Notes: a model not told the origin generated them from the letters alone. A DNA stretch of 64,000 nt from Narcine bancroftii (GCF_036971445.1 NC_091477.1:15128001-15192000); one strand, 5' to 3'. Shown: positions 1-12,943, counted from the first letter of the stretch. Numbers and translations: made by a program.

Positions 1-84
1 TAATTTCACAAAGTACGACGGTAAGATCTGAATTCTGACACCTGATCATGACACCACTATCCTCTTCTGTCTTAAGTGAGCCAT

Positions 85-892
85 TTCCAAGAGTCAAGAT
101 TCAATGTAATAAAGACAATGCAATATTACACAGAATTTGTCTTTGCCTGATTTGCTGTCAGCAGAAATTGCCTGAAATGCAAGAGAAACAAAAGACAGTT
201 CCCCTCAGAGTCACCGAGCATCTGTGGATTCGCCTCAACCACTGCAGCAGCCCCCACAGCCACACAGAGTCCAGTCCAAACCATCAGCAGCCTGAGCTCC
301 AGATCTGAACCTCCGACATGATCAGGAACCCTTCAGTGCCCCCGCATTCGTAATTCTGATGCCTGGCAACCATTCAGCCAGTCTAGAGCCAGCCTCCAGT
401 GGTCTTCAGCCCAGAATGAATCCCTCAACTGCATTCGGCAACAGCCCACAGCCTGCTAGGGTTCCTCGTCTCAAGTCACTGCCCACTGCCTGTGTGCTTC
501 TTGAACCGCAGAACCCTTCACTGGTCTGCTGCTGTGGTCACCATCCCGTGGGTCATCTCCTCAGCTTCGCCTTCTCAAATGGGGGGTGGTCTCCCCATTT
601 TCGGGTGCCCTGTGTCAGTCCAGTGCTAAACCAAAGTCTGTAACACCTCGAAGCTGCTTCCGATCGTAGGCACTGCCGTGTTGGAAGCAGACCCTGCTGT
701 TGTAGAATTTTTAAATAAAATCACCGTCAGCTCCTTTAACAAGCTGTTTAAATCCTGTACAGCAGCTAATGGCAGTTAAACTTGGCAATTGGACCCCGCA
801 GGTGCATTATGTCTCTGCTCCCAACTCTCGACGAGCCCGCACGAGTGACAGCGCTGCTGTTATTGCAGCTCTGACAGCGTCGCCATGTTTTT
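85..892 (-). mobile_element. Non-autonomous ~800-bp interspersed element with Rex1/Babar-like 3' tail (copy 1)
   Basis: Colinear with 13175-13915 across several blocks, e.g. CCAGATCTGAACCTCCGACATGATCAGGA vs CCAGATCCAATCCTCCAACGTGATCAGGA and TCTCCCCATTTTCGGGTGCCCTG vs TCTCCCCATTTCTGGTGCTCTG. GC-rich relative to flanks. No RT ORF. Confidence 0.7.
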
Positions 893-2049
893 ACCATCTT
901 CCATTTCTGAAGGAACCTTGAGTTGCAAAGGTACTGCACTGAGTAGGAGAATGAAGGAAAATAAGTCAGATACAAGATGAAACTTAAATGATGGCAAAGG
1001 TTTTAAAGTGATAAACTCATTGGTCTGCTTGCTATCTTTCTTTCACCAACATCATTTGGAACACAGAAAACCTTCACATCCACAAGTGGTTGAACAGCTT
1101 AATCCTGTACAGTTTTACAGCCATAACAATAACTGCTGAACATTTGCAGAAATAATCAATGGTTGAGAGTTATTTTGCCATCTTTGCTTGAAAATTATTT
1201 TCATCTTTGACCTTGTCTGCTTGTTGTCTGAAATGGATTACTTCAGAATTAAAGGGCAGCCAGTTCTGGAGCATAACAGCAGGAAGCAAAGGGCAGTTAG
1301 AATTAGAACTAGTTTTTAACTCCTCCTCGCTGTGCTATTGCTATACCTACTGGTAACATTACTTATTGGAAGCTGCACATAGCCCACACCCAGGAGATTT
1401 GCGTTTAAATTTTAATTAGTTCTCAACATAACCATAAATAATATAAACGTACAGGATTATAATCCAGGGACCACCGCCACAAAAGAGAAAATAATAGAAA
1501 TGTAGCATAATCCCTTCCCAAAGAGACAGACTGGTTATTTATCCAATGTAAATTAAAATAAAATGAAACCAGAATTCAATAACCTTTATGTGTTTTAAAA
1601 CTAGTCTACTGGAAGGAGTTTGAAATCCATGTTCAGTTTTATATAACGGACATAAATATATGGTTCTTTCGTTCTAAGTACAGTACTCGAGATGAAATAT
1701 TCCACAGAAATTATCATGGGAATTTTCCTTCTCTAAGTATTGGAACCTTGATGCTGCATTGAATTTTCTACCCATTGCCTCATTAAGGGATAAAATCAGA
1801 GCGGATCTTCCTAAATGGCTCTTGTGTATTTCAATAACCAACCATTTATAAAACAATCCCTGGAGGAGTATCCCAAATGGGATTGTGACAAAAAATATCA
1901 AGTAGTAATACTCTCTCTTCATTCGTATTGAAAAACATTTATCTAAAAAACAATGTTACATGACTTTGAATAGTTAATAATATTTTATTGAAAAGTCTGT
2001 TTTCTTTTTGTTTCTCTTTGGCATTAATTGTAACTCAGGAAAGAAAGTA

Positions 2050-2370
2050 TTCTTGTCACTGAGTCAGGAGGCTGTGGATTGAAATTGCTCTCGTGAGACT
2101 TGAATGCAAAGCCAAGCCCTCGACTGACTCTGCAGTACAGCACTGTTAGAATGCTATATGTCTGGTGGCGCCTTTCTGATGAGTTGTTATTTGCAGTCTT
2201 TTCTTTTAAGTAAAACAGTTGCTATGATTCTATGTGTGGAATTTTACTGTGTGCAAAATAATTCCTCTCTCCCCTATGATTACGATTACAGTTCCCCAAG
2301 TAGTTGTTTGTTGTAAAACCAAGAAAGTCTTGAGGTGACCAAAGCTACTTTATAAATGCAAGTCTATTTC
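2050..2370 (+). mobile_element. Decayed DeuSINE (SacSINE1/AmnSINE1-like)
   Basis: tRNA-like head CTGAGTCAGGAGGCTGTGGATTGAAA...GAGACTTGA, Deu-like core GCAGTACAGCACTGT...CTTTCTGATGAG, and L2-type tail TGAGGTGACCAAAGCTACTTTATAAATGCAAGTC. Resembles the remembered SacSINE1 consensus. Confidence 0.6.
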
Positions 2371-4754
2371 TCCAAGAGTTTACCAAATGCTCCTTTATGG
2401 AATTCTATCTTCTTCTAGTTTCAAGTTTATTTCATGAACCTGTTGTCCCTTCTTGGTTGTTTTAGCGTGGGGGTCTGTTTATGGGCACACAGAATTCAAA
2501 GGAATAGAAAGAATGGATACACTGTGTGTGGTTGGATTCAGTCATATATGAAATTTAAAGGTTCCCAATCAAACTAGTCTCTCTAAGGAATCAGAGGCCT
2601 CCACATGTTTGGAATTTGCCAATAAACCACTATTTATATTTATTGTTAAATAAACAATTTTAATGTGTTTTTTCAATCACCATTTCTATTATTTTCGCTT
2701 TTCCTTTCATTTCCATTTCCTTCTTTGTTTCATTTATTTATTTTTCTTCTTCCTTTCTCAACACAAAAGCACTGCTTGTTGTTTGCCATGCACTAAAGGT
2801 TGTAGTTTATTTAATGAACCTGTTGACAGGTCAACTGTGAGGCATCAATGCATGCATCTAAATCTAACACACTGGAAAGGATGTTTCTCAAAGTGGCAAT
2901 GTCTTTGTATTCATTTTCAAATTAATTTTCATTGCTGTTTGTTGAAATTCAGGGCCATCCCATTTTTTCAATAGTCTATAAATTTTTGTTAAAAATAAGC
3001 TAGTGCCTTTATGCAGAAGAGCATGGAAACAAAAGGGGTCACCTTGTTTTGGTAATTTGGATCTGAATCCATGCTCTCTGTATTGTGACTGTATTTTTGA
3101 CTGCTGACCTGGTCTTGATACAAGTGCCATATAAGACTTTTGTTTTCTTATTGTGAAGTCATACTCCCTTTGCCTGTGCCATGCTGTACCTGCAAATCCA
3201 ATCAATAGAAGATGTAATATCTCCTTCACATCACTTAAACTCATTGAATTGTTAGAGTAATGGAAGACAAGAATTATGCCAGGGAGAACAGCTGGTATGA
3301 GCAGATAAATCCTCAACAGCTGTTCTTAACTGTTTTTTTTTCATTGGGACTTGACAGACGGGAGAGATATAAACTTATTATGTGAGCTTAGTACTCTTCA
3401 AAGTCTGAGAAAAGCTTAGAGCTGAAAAGGCAGGTTTTTCTAATATAGTATCTTGAGTTTGCATTTGGACATAAGGGATGTGGCCTCTGACCACTGCAAG
3501 TAAATTGTACACTATTAAGTGCTATTTTAATGTCGATATTTCAACAGGGCACTTAACATAAAATTTTGTGCCTTTAGGGACATTTGTTGAGCAAGACTCA
3601 GGCAAGAACATTGCTGATTCATATCAGAAAATGCTCTTGTTGTAACACTCAAATCAGATTTTTTTTGGAACAGTGTACTTTTCTATGTTAACTGTACTGC
3701 ACAAATACAAGTAGTTGTGGGAAGCTGAGGGAAAGAGGCTTGCAACACCTTCTCTTAACTGGGTTGCTGTATTGAGTTTAAGATGGGTTACTGCCTTATT
3801 AATGAGAACTTGGTTTATTCTCTACTTACATTAACCAGTGCTGAAGATCGCACAATTTTGAATGCACATTTCTGAATACACTTAAGGCAACATAAATTTA
3901 AATCCCTCTCAATGACTGAGTTTAAAAATAAGGTATCTGGGAGTAACTTGGGGGAAAAAAAAGCCCAAGCAGCTTTTATTCTCCAATAGAACTTGCTGAA
4001 CTATGTATTGTTTTTGGACATTAAAATATACATGGGAAAAGTAAAGGAACCATTGGTGAATTGGAAATGAATTTGGAGGGAAAGGCTGAGTATAACAAGA
4101 TGAGTACTGCCAATTCCTGATAATTTTACTGAATATGCCAGATTTGTGATGTAAAATATTTCCCTATTTATGAAAGTTTGGCATGTACCTATTACCAGGG
4201 TAGACTGAGAAGAGAAAAGACAAGTCGTTTTACATCATGATGTTAAAGGCTGTAGCTGAACGTTAGGGCCATCTGCTCCAGATATATTTGCAACAAAAAA
4301 CTGCAATGGGTTCAAGAAACAGCCAGCTCTGCTATTTTGGAATATGAATTCCAAATATCTTCACCATTCCATAGACCAGTTGGTTGGAGTACAATCAAGA
4401 CATATATTTTATCTTAAGTATTAAACTCACATATTTTATTATAATTTCCTATATGCTTGAAGAATTGTTTGGTTTTTTTTTATTTTTATTCTCCCGTATC
4501 CATGTGGTTCATGATTGCCTCACTGGATTTAGAAAGAGTAAAATAAAGAAAAACTGATAGAATTAACAGGAAATTGAAGGTGTTGGGGTGGGGTAAATCA
4601 TGGAACAGAGATTTAAAGTAATGGGAGTGACATGAGGAATTAAAAATAACCCTAAAGAGAATTGTAGAGATCTGCAGTTTAATTGCTGTCAGGTAATAGG
4701 TGCAGGTCTATTTGTGGCTTTGAAAGGACAATTGAATAAAAATATGGAAGTAAG

Positions 4755-5150
4755 CAGGTTAGGACTTTATTACTGTAGTGGAGAAGAAGGGGGGGGGGGG
4801 GATTTGATCAAGGTACTTAAAATTATGAGGGGCATAGATGGGAGGAAATGTAGGGAGGCCTTTTCCACTGCAGATAGGTGTGATGCAAACCAGAGGACAT
4901 GGGTTTAGGGTGAAATGGGAAAAAAATATGGGGAACTTCACACAGAGTGGTGAGGGTGTGAAATGAGCTGCCAGCTGAAGTGGTGAATGTTGGCTCAATC
5001 GCAACATTTAAGAAGTACTTTGACAGGTACATGGATGGGAGGGGTCTGGAGGGTTATGAACTGGGTGTAAGTCAATGGGATTTGGGAGAATAATAGTTCG
5101 GTATAGACGAGAAGGGCCTATTTCAATGCTGTAATGTTCTACGGCTCTAT
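4755..5150 (+). mobile_element. CR1 LINE 3' fragment
   Basis: Translation RLGLY...GDLIKVLKIMRGID, then ACACAGAGTGGTGAGGGTGTGAAATGAGCTGCC, and a CR1-type 3' UTR ending GAAGGGCCTATTTCAATGCTGTAATGTTCTACGGCTCTA. Confidence 0.85.
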
Positions 5151-5583
5151 TTGTATTTTATATGTGAATCTTGGATTCGTGATGTGCAAAGGACGAAGTG
5201 GAGCCACATCGACAGATGTACAAAATATTGGAATGGAAAGGGAAAAGAATGGACAGATGCATTTACTGATTCTTTTCTCCTTGCTGTTGAAAGTGAAGGA
5301 TTGTAAAAAAAACATAGCTTTTTTTACTATGCCTTAATTCAAGTCAAACAGAGTTCATTTCTAGTGGAAAAAAATACAGACATTAATGCTGCATGGATTT
5401 AATTCACAACTTTAGAAACTGAGGATACCAAATGAGATTTTTTTTTAAACTTGGAAAGAATATATTGTGGAGGATTAATGTACCATAAAAATAGAATCCA
5501 TTCACTTCACTTGTGGAAACAGATCTCATTATTACCAAAATATATCAGCAACTTCATTCATAGAATCATGGAATTCATTAAAT

Positions 5584-5663
5584 CAGTGGTTCTCAACATT
5601 TTTTTCCAACTCACATACCACCTTATGTAATCCCTTACTATCCACAGGGCACCTATGTCATAG
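5584..5663 (+). mobile_element. hAT/Charlie-like MITE fragment
   Basis: Starts with CAGTGGTTCTCAAC, a hAT-Charlie-type terminus. Homologous to the units at 18611-18746 and 19022-19075. Confidence 0.6.
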
Positions 5664-6289
5664 CATTGCGGTAACTTCCACGTTAGTTGTGCTAGGTAAT
5701 TAAGTTGAAGTTTGAGTGTGAAAAACATGAGGGGGTAAAACAATATCAATTTAACAAGAAAATCATCAATCTCGCAGCAAGGACAATTTGGAAGATAAAA
5801 GCAGCCAGGTTGACAGGTGGAGAGATCTGGGTGCCAGGAAGCACAGTTGGATGGGCTGAAACATCCAGGGAATGAATCAGAATGTTTGGAGGGGGGGGCA
5901 GGGGAAGGAGTGAAAGGTCAAAATAGGTAACTGCATCCAGAAAGATGATCAGCATGAACAGCTGGGGAAAGATATTAGGCAAAAGTGTAAACTGGGATTC
6001 AGCAGACAGCCAGTAGGATTCAACAAATAGCCAGGGAAGGTTGCTTGGGAACATCTACTGGAAATGAAGGTAGTAGAAGTTAGAAAATAAAAATCCTGAT
6101 GGAGGGACTGGGGACTAGTAAGGAAAAAAGAAAGCCCCCAATGGCACAATGCTTTTCAGGGTTACAAGATACCCAAATATGCTTTGTTATCAATGAAGTG
6201 CATTAAACAGGGGTTTTAGGTTAATTGGGGTATTTTGGCAGCACAGACTTATGGACCAGATACCATACTGTATATCTAAAACAAAAAAA

Positions 6290-6850
6290 AAATATAGGAG
6301 CAGGAGTCAAGCTTGCTCTGCCATTCAATAAATTCATGGCTGATCAGGCCATGGACTCAGCTCCACTTACCCACCTGTTCTCCAAAATTACCCTTACACT
6401 GAAAAAAAAATCTATCTGTATCTTAAGCATATGTAATTATGCAGCCTCAATTGCTTAACTGGGTATAAAATTTCACAGATTCGTAACTCTGGAAAAAGCA
6501 GTTTATCCTCAACTCTGCCTTGAATGTGCTCTCTCAGATCTTGAAATATTGTCTCCTGATATTATCGGTGGAAACTGCTTCCCTGCTTTGATCTTATTTA
6601 TTAATTCATTTTTATTTTCTATGAATCTAGGATTTCCCCCTCCCTTCCCTCTCCCACATCCATCTAAACTCCAAAGGGTATAATTCTAGACTACTTAATC
6701 TTTCATCTTAAAGTAACCCCCTTATCTCTAAAGTCAACCTGGTGAACCTCCTCTGTCTCCAAAGCTAGTATATCTTTTCTCATGCAACGAGACCAGAATG
6801 CACATGGTATTCTAGGAGTGGCCTCTCCAAAACCCCATTTGGTTGTAGCA
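6290..6850 (-). mobile_element. Old CR1 LINE 3' fragment
   Basis: Reverse CR1 tail ATAGGAGCAGGAGTC...GCCATTCAATAAATTCATGGCTGATC, followed by CAACCTGGTGAACCTCCTCTG and GAGACCAGAATGCACA (reverse of the conserved RT-downstream motifs). Confidence 0.75.
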
Positions 6851-7918
6851 CCCCTAATGCAAGCTCTAATTACAAGAATACCTGACCATTTTGCTTATAG
6901 TAAACATAAGTGGGATAGAGCACACATTGAAAATGTATCTTCTTCACATAACTGAGTAATAGTGATTGAGAGGCAGTACAGAGGATTGGTTCAGGAACCT
7001 GAATGGTAAGAATCATCAGATGGAACTAGAAATTTCAACCACTGAAAGAATCCATTCAGCCCATCGTGGCCTTGCATCTGAAAAAATGGACTTTAGGCAA
7101 ATCCTTTACAGTACTTGATTCAATGTCCAGCAAGTTTTGGCTTCGTAAGTGCAAGCAATGTTGTGTGGAACCCACAAGTGTATTAATATAACCTCTCAAA
7201 TCCCTTGGACACAAAAAAAAGAGAAATGATTGCATTTAATTTTGATCATGTGTGGGTGAGGCACTCATTGGTTTCCAATAAAAATTGTGCGAGCCAAGCT
7301 GCCCTCAAGACCGTGAAACAATGATCATCAACACACCCGGCTGCAGGACATTTTGCTGTTAACCTTCCCTTCACTCCCACATTTTTATGTATTTGTAAGA
7401 TAGAAATTACAGGAAAATTGTCCCTAATTTATCTGTGTAGTATATTGCAATTAGACACAAATCACAACTATGCCATGAGTGATATCTCTGCCTCCAAGAA
7501 GGATTTATGTCCTTTCTTGGATTTACAGATGAGATATGTGGCTTTCTAAAGTGATTAGGGAGTATGGGGTATCTTTTACAAGACCTTATGGAGAGGTGTA
7601 GATCACCAAACACCTTGTAATAATGTTTGATCTATTTTATATGGAATGTTGGGTAGAAAATTTTGGTTGTATTTATGATGTGGATGGGTCAAGTTTAAAT
7701 AATTTGCGACGTGTTTTTTTTAAATCTTAATTCATATTCACTGCTTATGTGATTTTTGCAATTGCTGTACATTTTTCTGATGAATAAAGATAAAAAGCAC
7801 GGTCTGGAAATGGTTGAATCCTTGCTGTTGCTCAGTGTACTTCCTAATGCTCTTTGGTATGATTGCACTGTCTCTGTAAGTAGGAAGTGCATGATGTGTA
7901 TCCTTTGTTTATGTGCAG

Positions 7919-8188
7919 GAGCCAATTTCACACTGACTGAACTGGGAATCTGTGAGCCCTCCCCTCACCGCAGCACTGCCTATTGTCCAGACATGGGGCT
8001 CCTTCATCGTGGATATTCTCTGAGCGACGCAGACTCTGACACAGAAGGTGCCGTTTCTCCAGAGCATGCTATTAGGTTATGGGGGAGGGGCATCAAATCC
8101 AGACGTGGCTCAGGTCTGTCCAGTCGAGAGAATTCAGCCCTCACACTGACCGATTCAGAGAATGAGAAGGAATCAGATGAGGAAACAG
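7919..8188 (+). CDS. TENM2: Teneurin (best match teneurin-2) internal coding exon, N-terminal intracellular domain, 270 nt, phase 1-1
   Basis: Translates (G)[89 protein letters not shown](G). This matches the recalled TENM2 sequence [32 protein letters not shown]...[45 protein letters not shown] better than TENM3. Flanked by acceptor ...TTTGTTTATGTGCAG| and donor CAG|GTATGT. Confidence 0.93.
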
Positions 8189-9769
8189 GTATGTATATTT
8201 AAAAGCTAGTAACTGTGCAGTGTCTTGAAAGAAAAGGTCACTGTACATTGTGATTTCGACTGTTTCCATCAAAATGGTGCAGCAAACAAGATAAGTTTGA
8301 AAGTGTTGAGATGTTCCTGATACTTTTGAAGATCAAACAGTATTTTGGAGTTCAGTTCCAGAACAAAGTTAGAATTGGAATTTGAGTGAAATGTCAACTG
8401 ATGAACTGCCCAATGATTTCATCGTAGACCAATATTTAATTTAGTGTCTTTTTTTATTTGAAACACATTATTCATCTTGAACAGGAGTATTCCTGGTTTC
8501 AAGATTCAGAAATATATACCCTTGATTTATTTTTGGTCCAAAAGGCTTAAAGCTTCTATTTCTAGTGTACAGTGATTGCTCCAATGTACCTACTAGTGAT
8601 ACTATAAGATTTTCATGAGTAACTTGACAATTTTGCAATATAGAAGTCTGTAGCAGGAAACAAAGTACGCTGCATTATGTGTTTTGGTGATGGGGTTATA
8701 CCACCATCGGAAGACCACATTGTCCAATCATTATATATATTATACACATACACACCTCCTACAGCAATTTGTGAATGCATTTAGCACAATATATGGGCAA
8801 TTTTGAGTTGCTTTCTCAACAAGACATTAATCATTCAAATTCGATTTCATTAGTGCTTGGTTGCCTTTCAACTCTGCTCCACAGAATCCATTGACACCAA
8901 TTTTGGTCCTGATATACCAATGTTTATTGACTTGATGGAAAAGTTAACGAGAAAAATGACTGGAATGATGCCCAGTCTAAGAGAAAGTGGTTGATCTTTT
9001 TTTATTTTAGCTTATTAAGGACATGATCAATGCTTTTAACTCGATGAAACAAAGTCTAGTTAGCTGGGTCATTAAAGATGGAAATGAATCTGGGACTCAT
9101 GGACATTCATAGAAAATATTTAAGCATAAAACATAAGTAAAATGTCACAAAGTATTTCTTTTCCGGAGGGTTACTGAATTTTGGGCAAAGTTTTTCCACA
9201 AACTGAACATATTTCACCACCTCAAATGAGAATGTAAAGTGTTCCTGTGTGAAGAAGATATTTATAGTCATAAACAGTGAGTTCTGAAGTATTTGAAAAG
9301 AGCATCTTTGAGATAATCTTCCAAACCTTGGTGAGTGCATGAGAGAGTGAGAGGAAAATGTCTGAGAAATTGAATTGATAGAAAGGTTTTGCTTTTATTC
9401 CATTTTTCAAGGTGCGATTAAATCGAGGATAAATATGGTTCCAACATATCCAGATAGGATGTGTTAGGGGCTCATTTTCTTTTCACATGTATATGAGGAT
9501 CCATTATGTAGCACGCTTTAATAGAGCAGAGTGAGTTGATATAAATGTAAATTGTATAAAGATTAGGTTAATCGCTGATTTAAAAAAAATCCTTTGTGGG
9601 GAAAATCAAATGAGGATTATCTCACTGTTTGAAGTTTCTTTCATTCCATATAGTTACCTCATACCTAAAGATGAATTACATTCAATAAGAAAACCTAATG
9701 CAGAAGCAAGTTTCAAAATATATTTTATTTCACAGCAAAATGTTGATGTACATTTTTATTCTATTTCCT

Positions 9770-10300
9770 CGAGATGACTGCAGTGGAGTGGAGACTGTCA
9801 CCCACCTCTTTGCTGAATGCAGATTGGCTTAGTGTGTAGAGAAGGATGCAAGAGTCCTTGTCATGGTTCATCCCCAGCAGCGGTGTGAAAGAGGACTCTT
9901 TCAGGGACGCACACATAGACATCCGGAACTGCTGGAAGACCATCAGCTAGGTGAAAGATACCATTTGGCCTGCCCAGCACCTGTTGGTCTTCCAGCAAAT
10001 GGAGATGTTAGTGAGGGAATGCTGCCAACTGGTGCATTCCAGGCTGCAGGGTTGCACTGAGACTTGGAGCAACAAACACGAGGGCAATGTGGGGAAGGAT
10101 CACAGTCCAGAGTCCTCCCATTACTGAGCATTGAGCGAGTGAGACTGAGGGGATGGCCCTCAAATAATAGAAGTGCCAAGATGCTACAGTGGTGGCAATA
10201 GTGTAAATGGAATCGAATGTAACAAGGCAAAGAGATGGGAAAGTAAGGGTGGGAACAAACCTGAACAAATTTCCTCTTGTAAATAAATTATTGTGAAAAA
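9770..10300 (+). mobile_element. L1-Tx1 clade LINE, ORF2 C-terminus and 3' UTR, decayed
   Basis: Encodes the zinc-knuckle remnant C..VETVTHLFAEC, then RRMQESLSWFIPSS, CWKTIS, EMLVRECCQLVHSRLQ and ALRLGATNTRAMWGRITV. AATAAA near 10282. Confidence 0.8.
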
Positions 10301-10789
10301 CTTTTACTTTTTATTTAAAAAAAATTAAAAATTAATCTATCGTGCCATTCAGTAAAGAGTATGGTCCATGGTGCCAAGCACTCTCTTGAAGAGCCCCCCA
10401 TTGGTGCAACAATTTCTAATTTTCTCGCAACATTTCATTCAAGTATATTTTCAATTCATCTTTAAAAACTATTGTTGTTCTTTCATGGCAGCATCTTCGA
10501 TCATAACACCTTATCATATAAAATTAATTCCCCTATTCCGTGATGACTGATCTCACTGCTGGTAAAAATAGTTACTTGCCATTAAGACCCTTATTTTTAA
10601 AATAATTTACAATGTATTTTGCATATTATTTGAATCTACAGAATGAGTATAAAACTGGAGAGTGACATATAACTGAGGCCATGTTTTGACTGATTTGGTT
10701 TTAGAAGGTCACCTTTCAATTAAAATGTATCCTTAATTACTGTGGCTATATTATGCACAGATGTTTGAACTGACCTTTTTCTTTTTGGA

Positions 10790-11010
10790 CATACATACAT
10801 ACCAATGTACAACATACAGGGCCTTCTGGTCCACAAACCCGTGCCACCCAATTAACCTACAACCTCTGTAGGGTGGATGGAATCGGAGCATCTGGAGAAA
10901 AGCCATGCAGGTACATGGGGAGAAAGTACAAACCCTTCCAGGCAGCGCAGGATTCTAACCCAGGTTACTGGTGCTGTAACAGTGTTGTGCAAACCACGCT
11001 GACCTGTTGC
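10790..11010 (-). mobile_element. tRNA-derived V-SINE (HE1-like)
   Basis: Reverse V-domain GGAGCATCTGGAGAAAAGCCATGCAGGTACATGGGGAGAAAGTACAAAC and a reverse B-box. Colinear with the copies at 16058 and 47005. Confidence 0.8.
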
Positions 11011-12943
11011 AATAACAACCAGGAGGAGAAAAGCTGAATTAATGTTGTTGACCTTTCAGGATTTGATGGTCATTACCCTGAAAAACTCTGTTTTTCCCTT
11101 AATAGGTCCTCTCTCTAGAATTGCAGCAATTTTTAAAATTGAAGATTTTTAAAATCTGCACATCTTTATTTCAGCAAATGTAATGTGTTTGAAAATAACC
11201 TTTTTTTTTTGTATTAATAACTGCCACTCATTCACCTTGCTGGTATGCTACCTTTCTCTGTAGTTATATATTTCTAAAAAAAAATCACCAGAGCAGCAGC
11301 GAAGTTGATAAGTAAGCAAGACTGCAGTAAATTGTACCCTGAAGGTTATGTCACTGCTATCTTTATGTGACTGAGGGAACTGATTTCTACATCCATCTTG
11401 ATTCAATTAAGCAGCACTGGTTGAACCTGAAGAAATTTGTTTATCAGAACTAAGGTGGGTGGTTAAATCTGCCACCGCCCCCAGTAAATATCCTAATGCA
11501 CGTAGAAGGGAAGGGCTATGATAATCAACATGAAGGGGGGAGGGGGGGGGGGATGATGGCCTCGTTGTGAATTGGTATCCATTAAAAAGGGAGACAACTG
11601 ATTCCGTAAGAGAACAATGTGGCTGGATCTCCTTGTACTTGTCTCACTGTGAATGTGAGAGACCGTCGCTGTGGCCGTGAGTTGCTCAGCATAAGCATGA
11701 ATGCACCCCTGAACATAAAAATTTAAGCCTGTTCCAACTTAAGTAAGGGGGTGAAGTTTTCAATGAGAATATGAGATATGTTTTCTAAACTCACCATGCT
11801 CTGCTCACACTGGTAAACTTGTTAACCGTATTCTGACATGCTTTGGTGATAGATCTTACTTCTTGTTGTCTCAAAGGTCTTGTTAGCATTGTAAGATGAA
11901 AAAGTGATGAAACAAGCATGTCCCTAGTTGAAGTTTGGTGGAAGTGTTATCCAATACTGTGTAAAACAATTGAAAGGAGCCTCATAGGCGTCAAACGTTA
12001 TGAATTTTAAAAAATAATGAAAAAAAACCCACTCTAATAATTTGATGAAGTTGCTTCTTCAGAGGTCCCATGCCGTTGCTTTTACTTTTTTTAAATAAAT
12101 TTCTTTCTTAGCAAGAGAGTTCTTAATTTTACAAGCTTTGCAACATGCCTTGTGGAGTTTAGTTCTGTCCATAAGTTTAACAACATTGCCATATTAAAAC
12201 AGAAACAGATCTTTTGCAAATGGGCTGTTGGCCACTTCACTCTCTGTATGTGTCCATATCTTTCGACAAAGCTTGCCTTGCAATCTGGCCATGTCAGCAC
12301 CAATGTGTGCAATGTTGCTCAACCCTATCAGTAACAATCTGTGCTTTGTGACCTAACCCTGTCAGAAATAATACACTTCACTGCTCAGGCTTGTTGGTGT
12401 GTGCTTTTGTGTCGCCACCAGGCCCCAAATAACAGAGGGCTTCCCAAGCAGCTTTGCACTGGCACAACAGTAACCAAGCACATCATTCGCCAAGGCATCG
12501 TTCCATTAAGTGCAAGCATTTGCTGAACAACATGGAAGGTGTTTGTTCAAATACTTTTTCTGCCTTTCGGTAAATGCTTGCACTTCCTTAAGTCGTGATG
12601 ACGATTGGAGCTTTTTCAGTTCAGCATCTCACTCTCAGTCCTGTTGCTACCTGTATGCACTTGATATCCAAAATAAATGGCAATGTTAACCTCAATACCC
12701 TGACCTGCCTGCACCATAATGCACCTCAATGCTCAATTGTGCTGCTTTGGTTTGCTGTGGTTCATGATGCCATCATCAACTATAATCTGTGACAGCAAAA
12801 GGTGAGAAGATTACTGCTTCAGTTATAACTCTTTTGCTTCATACGTGCACACAATGAAATTATTTTTGTGTTCTTTTCTAGAATCATTTAAAAATATTTT
12901 TAAAAAGTAATAGTGTAAGGAAGCTTACAATATTGTTAGAAAA

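Noticed and set aside
2663-3316. 103-aa and 142-aa ORFs
   Set aside because: They are low-complexity or unrecognisable translations of AT-rich intron, with no splice or homology support.
7756-8202. 148-aa ORF as a standalone gene
   Set aside because: Only 7919-8188 is teneurin-like and it is bounded by AG/GT. The rest is intronic read-through.
12917-12931. AAGGAAGCTTACAAT resembles miR-708, which is hosted in mammalian TENM4
   Set aside because: The match is partial with an indel in the seed, I see no hairpin partner, and the paralogue and lineage are wrong.
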